From IMG/VR virus record IMGVR_UViG_3300044614_000224, positions 14,839-78,838 of that record: a stretch of DNA of 64,000 nucleotides. One strand, given 5' to 3'. Position numbers and translations under genes: made by a program. Below, piece by piece: positions 59,066-64,000 of this stretch. The stretch comes from a virus (lineage: Duplodnaviria > Heunggongvirae > Uroviricota > Caudoviricetes). How positions within the stretch are numbered: position 1 is the stretch's first letter; the number at the start of each line of letters is the position of its first letter. The notes beneath the pieces are model-generated. The model was not told the DNA's origin and ran no database searches. It worked only from the letters and a program-made list of their open reading frames with translations.

Positions 59066-59207
59066 ACAAAATGCAATTTATTGCACATATATTTCCAATT
59101 GTTTAACGTTTAATACATATTAGGCACAAAAGATTAAACAATTAGAAATATATGTGTAATATGTTGCACTTTTAACTAGATTTATTTTAAAACAAAAACA
59201 AAACAAA

Positions 59208-60776
59208 ATGGGACTATTCAGTTTAAGCTGGTTCAAGAGCCAGAAACAAAAGCAGTTAGATGAATTACAACATGAGATTGAAGTTAAAAAATTAGAGAAG
59301 ACACTAGAAAGACTAGATGAAAAAGAGAAACCTTCTACTTACACAATAGGGATTAGTAATCCATGGGTACCTACTACAGCAAGTGTTGTTAAACCTTATT
59401 CTAACATTAAAATTGTGAATGATGTGCTTACAGTGGTACTTAACGATGGTTCTATCATCACTAAGTCTAAAGCTACAGCAGAAGACTTCAACAATGCTAG
59501 AGAGTGTAAGACAGAAGCTTGTTTATTGGCTCTTGTAGGTTCTCCAGATATACTAAAAGAGAAGCAGGAAGCACAGGCTAAATATGAGAAAGCTAAGGCT
59601 ATTCAGAAAGGTGCTGAGTATCTAGCTAAGTTTGATGATTTTGAGATGAAAGACGGTAGTCTTTATATCAAGGGAATCAACAGAAGCATCCCACCTTTGA
59701 TGGTAGATGAGTTCTTAAAGATTATTGGTAATTACAGTTACAACTCTATGGACAATGTAACAGATAGAGAAATAGATGAGGTGAATGAACTTATACAAGA
59801 AGACGAAGAGTATCAATCTCTTAAGCGTTTCTTTATGTGGTGTTGCTTAAATCCTAGAGCTGAGGTGGCTGACAAGCTATATAACTTCTTGAAGAAGAAT
59901 AGCTTCCGCATCACCAAGCAGGGATTCTTTGTAGCATTACGTAACGTTGTAACATTACATGGATCTACAGAACTGGTACAATTCATCAGCAATGCTTACA
60001 ACAAGACTAAAGCTGTATGGAAGAAGAACCCATCTGACTATTTAGTGTTCTTAAAGGACGGTGAATACAGAATGGTTGCTAAGTCTATATTTGAAGAACT
60101 AGAGCCATGCACATATTGTGATGAGAATGGAAATGTTCCTTGTGAGGATGATGACTATGATGATAGCTGTGAATGTCCAGAATGTTATGGTTCTGGTACA
60201 GTGTACAAACACTGTGAAGAGCAATATGGTGAATTGATTGGTAACTTAACAGAACTATATCTTGATTTGCCTAATAGAGCAGAGAATAGATTTACAGATG
60301 CTCACACAAAGACATTTGACATCAGAATTGGTAGACCAGTGAACATGCCTATGGAGCAGTGTAGATGGAATACTGATGATTGTGGTGCTGAAGGCTTACA
60401 CTTCACATCTGATGAGATTCATTATGTAGGTTGTGGTGATACATCTGTGCTTGTACTTATCAATCCAATGAAGGTTGTAGGTATTGGTGAGTCTAAAGGT
60501 AGATGCTATGAGTATTTACCAATCATGACTGTTCCTCGTGAAGAAGCAACAGAAATCTTACATGATCTAGACTTTGATACAATGGAGCTTGATGAGAGCT
60601 ATGCAATTCGCGAATTGGAAAATTTAGGTACAAAAGCTAGAGAAGGTTTTATTGCAGAGGCTAAGAAGTATGAGTTCAATCTCCCTGCTTTATCTGCTGT
60701 AGAAGTACTTAAGATTGTTAAGAGTCTTGATGAAATAAGACAAGAAATCTCTAAGAGAATCGTAAATATTGATTAA
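59208..60776 (+). CDS. coiled-coil plus Cys-rich zinc-ribbon protein (522 aa)
   Basis: N-terminal heptad-like region, then CTYCDENGNVPC...CECPEC...HC. Preceded by a 140-bp AT-rich gap containing a palindrome. Confidence 0.55.
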   Translation: MGLFSLSWFKSQKQKQLDELQHEIEVKKLEKTLERLDEKEKPSTYTIGISNPWVPTTASVVKPYSNIKIVNDVLTVVLNDGSIITKSKATAEDFNNARECKTEACLLALVGSPDILKEKQEAQAKYEKAKAIQKGAEYLAKFDDFEMKDGSLYIKGINRSIPPLMVDEFLKIIGNYSYNSMDNVTDREIDEVNELIQEDEEYQSLKRFFMWCCLNPRAEVADKLYNFLKKNSFRITKQGFFVALRNVVTLHGSTELVQFISNAYNKTKAVWKKNPSDYLVFLKDGEYRMVAKSIFEELEPCTYCDENGNVPCEDDDYDDSCECPECYGSGTVYKHCEEQYGELIGNLTELYLDLPNRAENRFTDAHTKTFDIRIGRPVNMPMEQCRWNTDDCGAEGLHFTSDEIHYVGCGDTSVLVLINPMKVVGIGESKGRCYEYLPIMTVPREEATEILHDLDFDTMELDESYAIRELENLGTKAREGFIAEAKKYEFNLPALSAVEVLKIVKSLDEIRQEISKRIVNID

Positions 60777-60784
60777 CTTTGTAG

Positions 60785-60808
60785 GACCAGGGGCTAAAAT
60801 CCCTGGTC
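60785..60808 (+). terminator. GC-rich hairpin between gene 59208-60776 and the HNH gene
   Basis: 8-bp stem gaccaggg / ccctggtc, loop gctaaaat, then ttatatt (weak U tract). Confidence 0.3.
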
Positions 60809-60821
60809 TTATATTAAGCTT

Positions 60822-61223
60822 ATGAAAAAGAACGCAACAAAGAGAAGAGCGAAGATACCTAGAGCTAAAAGTCCAAAGATGAGAAACGCTGGTACTATGA
60901 CAGAATCAGCTTTCTGGAGCTTCATTAGAAGTGCTTTGAGACAGAAGTCTAGATGGTGGAAACCTATTACAGAATGCAAGATGAAAGCTCGTAGGGCATA
61001 TAAAGGTCCCAGTAAGAGACAAAAGTTTGAATATCAATGCAATAGCTGTAAAGCATGGTTTCCAGAGAAACAAATTAACGTAGATCACATTAAGCCTGCA
61101 GGTAGTTTAAACTGTAAAGAGGACTTAGCAGGATTTGTAGAGCGTCTGTTCTGTGAACTAGATAATCTACAGGTGTTATGTGAATCATGTCATGATGTAA
61201 AAACTAAATTAGAGAAAAAATGA
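60822..61223 (+). CDS. HNH endonuclease, likely a homing endonuclease (133 aa)
   Basis: VDHIKP...DNLQVLCESCH gives the H-N-H motif with flanking Cys pairs (CNSC...CESC). Confidence 0.7.
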   Translation: MKKNATKRRAKIPRAKSPKMRNAGTMTESAFWSFIRSALRQKSRWWKPITECKMKARRAYKGPSKRQKFEYQCNSCKAWFPEKQINVDHIKPAGSLNCKEDLAGFVERLFCELDNLQVLCESCHDVKTKLEKK

Positions 61224-61489
61224 GTGACTTAGAGATAACAATCAATAAAGAACCGTCGTTCACAGAGATATGGCATGAGGGATATATTACGTATAACTCA
61301 GAGAAGCACTATTTCTGGTTAATCCACCCACAGAATGTAGATGATAAAGGAGACCCTTATGAACTAGAGGTTAGATGGTTCTTTCAGAGGGTACCAAGAG
61401 AAGTGAGGGCAATGCACCCTTACATTATAGAATCTTTTAAACAAACACTAAATGATACAAGGACCAAACAGAACAGAAGCAGCTTATAG
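61220..61489 (+). CDS. hypothetical protein (89 aa); overlaps the next ORF
   Basis: ORF with ATGA overlap to the HNH gene. Confidence 0.3.
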   Translation: MSDLEITINKEPSFTEIWHEGYITYNSEKHYFWLIHPQNVDDKGDPYELEVRWFFQRVPREVRAMHPYIIESFKQTLNDTRTKQNRSSL

Positions 61490-62495
61490 GGCTGTAGCAA
61501 TGGACAGTTCTTCAAGCTTGAAGGACTTCTCTGTGGACAGAAAGAAATACCACAAGAAGTATGTCCTAAATGAGAAGGTGGAGGATAAAGACACAGCAGC
61601 ATCAGTTATTGGTAGACTGGTAGAGACACAACTTATGGAACCAGAACTCTTTGATGAGAGGTTCTATATGTCAACTGTTATTAGTGCACCAACCAATCTT
61701 ATGCTAGAATTTGTAGAAGCATTGTATAGACATACAGCTGCAGCTACAAATGAAGATGGTGTAGTTACAAGAGAGATGGAAGACATCATGAAAGATGCAT
61801 ATGTAGATTCTGGATTCAAGATTAAGATTGATGCTGTTCTTGCTAAATTCATAGGATCTGATGCAGAAATCTATTACAAAGAAATCCGTGAGGTGAGAAG
61901 CAAGGGCCTCACCGTTGTTACCACACAGGATATAACTAATGCAGAGAAGATTGTAGAAGAGCTTAAGACTAATGATTTTACAGCACCAATTGTAAACCTA
62001 GTTAATAGTGCACGCTACAATGTATATAATCAGCTCCAGGTGGAAGGATATGTTGTATTTGGACACATGTTCAAGAGCATGATGGATAAGGTGATTGTTG
62101 ACCATACAGAGAAGACAATCCAGGTGTACGATCTTAAATGTACGTGGTCTGTAGAAAACTTCTATGAAGAGTATTATCTCTATCGTAGAGCTTATATACA
62201 GGGCTATTTATATTTCTATGCAGCAAAGCACATGTTTGATGAGCTAGTGGCTGTAGGATATGAGATATTACCTCCTAGATTTATTGTATGTGACAGTACA
62301 AACTATGCATGTCCATTAGTATTTACCATGGATGATAAGTCATTCCAAGATGCTGAACAAGGATTTGAACACAAGGGTAGAAAGTATCCTGGTGTTAAGA
62401 GTCTTATCACTGACCTTAAATGGGCTATCAAGAATGATAAGTGGAACATTTCAAGAGAGAATTATTTAAATAACGGGTTAGTAAAATTAGGTTAA
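61452..62495 (+). CDS. RecB/Cas4-like PD-(D/E)xK nuclease candidate (347 aa)
   Basis: KVIVD...VYDLK gives D...DxK; it is followed by a QxxxY motif (IQGYLY). The start may instead be the ATG at 61500 (MDSSSS). Confidence 0.4.
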   Translation: MIQGPNRTEAAYRAVAMDSSSSLKDFSVDRKKYHKKYVLNEKVEDKDTAASVIGRLVETQLMEPELFDERFYMSTVISAPTNLMLEFVEALYRHTAAATNEDGVVTREMEDIMKDAYVDSGFKIKIDAVLAKFIGSDAEIYYKEIREVRSKGLTVVTTQDITNAEKIVEELKTNDFTAPIVNLVNSARYNVYNQLQVEGYVVFGHMFKSMMDKVIVDHTEKTIQVYDLKCTWSVENFYEEYYLYRRAYIQGYLYFYAAKHMFDELVAVGYEILPPRFIVCDSTNYACPLVFTMDDKSFQDAEQGFEHKGRKYPGVKSLITDLKWAIKNDKWNISRENYLNNGLVKLG

Positions 62496-63046
62496 TGGAG
62501 ACAACAAAGACAATCACCACTATATTCATTGTACCAATATTTAGTATTGGTAAAGAAAAGCTAACAAATAATGGGTTTGTCAATGGTTTTATAAAAGATA
62601 GCAGAAGAGATGTACAATACAAGGATTCTGTCTATCTTTTATTTAAGCCTGAAGACCTAGATAAGTTTAAAGTGTTTCTAGACAGTGAGTATGAACGTAC
62701 AAAGCAAATCATTGATGATTATGATTATGAAGAGGGGTATGTTGTTGTAGTTTATCAAATCAATCCAAGGCTATTGCCTGATATAGAATTGGTAAAACAG
62801 GGCAAATATTCCCAAACTTCTAGCAAATTCCAGCAGATTTTTCCTAAAATTGTCAAAATAAAGAAAAATGGCTTCCAAAAAGATGAACTATCTCTTCAAT
62901 ATCGAGTGTTTAATAAGACAGAAGATTTGAAGCAGTTCTGGGAAGATAAGTTTGATGTAGTATTTGATGATGATATGGAAGTTTGGTCTGGTTTTTCAGA
63001 AGGATATGAAACTCTTGATCTAGATAAAATTAAAGAACATGTATAA
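62495..63046 (+). CDS. hypothetical protein (183 aa)
   Basis: ORF. Confidence 0.45.
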   Translation: METTKTITTIFIVPIFSIGKEKLTNNGFVNGFIKDSRRDVQYKDSVYLLFKPEDLDKFKVFLDSEYERTKQIIDDYDYEEGYVVVVYQINPRLLPDIELVKQGKYSQTSSKFQQIFPKIVKIKKNGFQKDELSLQYRVFNKTEDLKQFWEDKFDVVFDDDMEVWSGFSEGYETLDLDKIKEHV

Positions 63047-63251
63047 CAAAGAAGTGTTAGAAGAACTAGTAAAGAAGTTTGGTATAGAAAATACCATTCT
63101 GTTCTGTAAAATGGAAGCTCTCAAGAATTCTATTCTATACGAGGATTGTATTAAGAATGATCAAAATACAACAGATTGTGTAGAGTTTGATTTTGAGAGG
63201 GACTGGTGGCAGAACAAATATGAAGAACTAAATAAAACAAAAGCGTTATGA
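63039..63251 (+). CDS. hypothetical protein (70 aa)
   Basis: ORF. Confidence 0.4.
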   Translation: MYNKEVLEELVKKFGIENTILFCKMEALKNSILYEDCIKNDQNTTDCVEFDFERDWWQNKYEELNKTKAL

Positions 63252-63628
63252 CAGGATTAGAACTATTAGAAAAGTATGACAAAGCAGCTATTGTTATCAA
63301 GCAATACTATTTAAATGCTATGTTAGAGTCTCTAAAAGATGAGGAACTTCCAGAGAACTTCAAAGAATACGCTCGTCAAACAACTATTGATAATGATAAG
63401 ATAGGCAAGCTCATAGATGTACAGCCTAGAGGATTGTTTGATGTGTTTGATAACAATAAAGTGTACATAGAGATGTTAGTAGATTACAAAAAACTTGATG
63501 CAACATTTGCTTATACTGTTATAGATGATGATACAATGTATTCAAACCCATCTCATTATAATAATAGAAAAGAAGCTGAGAAAAAAGCTGTTGAACAAGC
63601 ATTTGAAATCTTAAACAATAAGTTATGA
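63248..63628 (+). CDS. hypothetical protein (126 aa)
   Basis: ORF. Confidence 0.45.
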   Translation: MTGLELLEKYDKAAIVIKQYYLNAMLESLKDEELPENFKEYARQTTIDNDKIGKLIDVQPRGLFDVFDNNKVYIEMLVDYKKLDATFAYTVIDDDTMYSNPSHYNNRKEAEKKAVEQAFEILNNKL

Positions 63629-63876
63629 CAGATAGTATAGTTGACCAAGTTGTCCGTAAGTATGGAATTAGAAGTGCTGTAGGCATTGATAAGTATGGCA
63701 CCACACTAGAAACTAACAATAAGGATAACTTTCTCAAGCACCTACAGGAAGAACTAATGGATGCAACGCTCTACATAGAGAAGCTCATGACCCTTGAAAA
63801 GGAAATAACTAAATTAGTTAGAGACCATTCTAATGATGCAGAACTTGGTTACAAAATAAGAAATTTAGTTAGATAG
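63625..63876 (+). CDS. hypothetical protein (83 aa)
   Basis: ORF. Confidence 0.4.
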   Translation: MTDSIVDQVVRKYGIRSAVGIDKYGTTLETNNKDNFLKHLQEELMDATLYIEKLMTLEKEITKLVRDHSNDAELGYKIRNLVR

Positions 63877-63904
63877 AATTTTTGAAATGTCTTGGTTTAT
63901 AAAA

Positions 63905-63937
63905 AGGGCGGTTGTACATTTGCAACCCCCTTTTTTT
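63905..63937 (+). terminator. rho-independent terminator
   Basis: Stem gggcggttg / caaccccc (one C-C mismatch), loop tacatttg, then TTTTTTT. Confidence 0.55.
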
Positions 63938-63960
63938 AACCAATTAAAACAAAACAAAAC

Positions 63961-64000
63961 ATGGATTTAGGATTAGATGCGTTAAGTAAAATAACGATTT
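63961..64000 (+). CDS. start of a further plus-strand gene, cut by the window end
   Basis: ATG MDLGLDALSKITI... directly after the terminator and an A-rich leader. Confidence 0.25.
   Translation, partial: MDLGLDALSKITI

Noticed and set aside
1-64000. Stop-codon reassignment (TAG or TGA recoding), as seen in some crAss-like phages.
   Set aside because: Long uninterrupted ORFs exist on both strands under the standard code, including genes of 1608, 1091, 861 and 771 aa. The apparent ORF-free minus strand at 600-5423 is explained by a gene running off the window start, not by recoding.
1-64000. CRISPR array, integrase/attachment site, or lysogeny module.
   Set aside because: No regular direct-repeat/spacer structure is present. 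No tyrosine or serine recombinase motifs were seen in any ORF, so nothing supports a temperate lifestyle within this window.

Overview
This AT-rich window reads as a double-stranded DNA phage genome with a crAss-like, Bacteroidetes-type layout. The ORFs are intact under the standard genetic code, so there is no stop-codon recoding. Positions 1-39511 are one long minus-strand late/structural block. From its upstream (high-coordinate) end it encodes a HU-like protein, a zinc-finger protein, the terminase large subunit, a portal, an SPFH-like protein, an acidic scaffold-like protein, a capsid candidate, many tail/fibre proteins with poly-Thr/Ser tracts, and a run of giant virion proteins. The last of these, an ORF of over 1800 aa, runs off the window start and is therefore missing from the ORF track. 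After a divergent switch region (39512-39719), the plus strand carries early/replication genes. A further ~875-bp non-coding stretch (40119-40995) lies a few genes in and holds a tRNA-like element. The replication genes include a family-B DNA polymerase with proofreading motifs, a DnaG-like primase whose zinc-binding domain lacks zinc ligands, a DnaB-family helicase, an SF2 DEIH helicase, and a P-loop ATPase next to an SSB-like protein. They also include a family-1 UDG homologue with its catalytic Asp replaced by Cys, an Hsp90/GHKL-type ATPase followed by a Cys-rich protein, an HNH endonuclease and a RecB-like PD-(D/E)xK nuclease. Several stem-loop plus T-run terminators and one good match to a Bacteroidetes -33/-7 promoter are visible. 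The listed ORF starts were called with alternative start codons translated as M (for example GTG at 36912 and 53411), so some true starts lie at internal ATGs. Coordinates of small RNA-structure features may be off by 1-2 nt.
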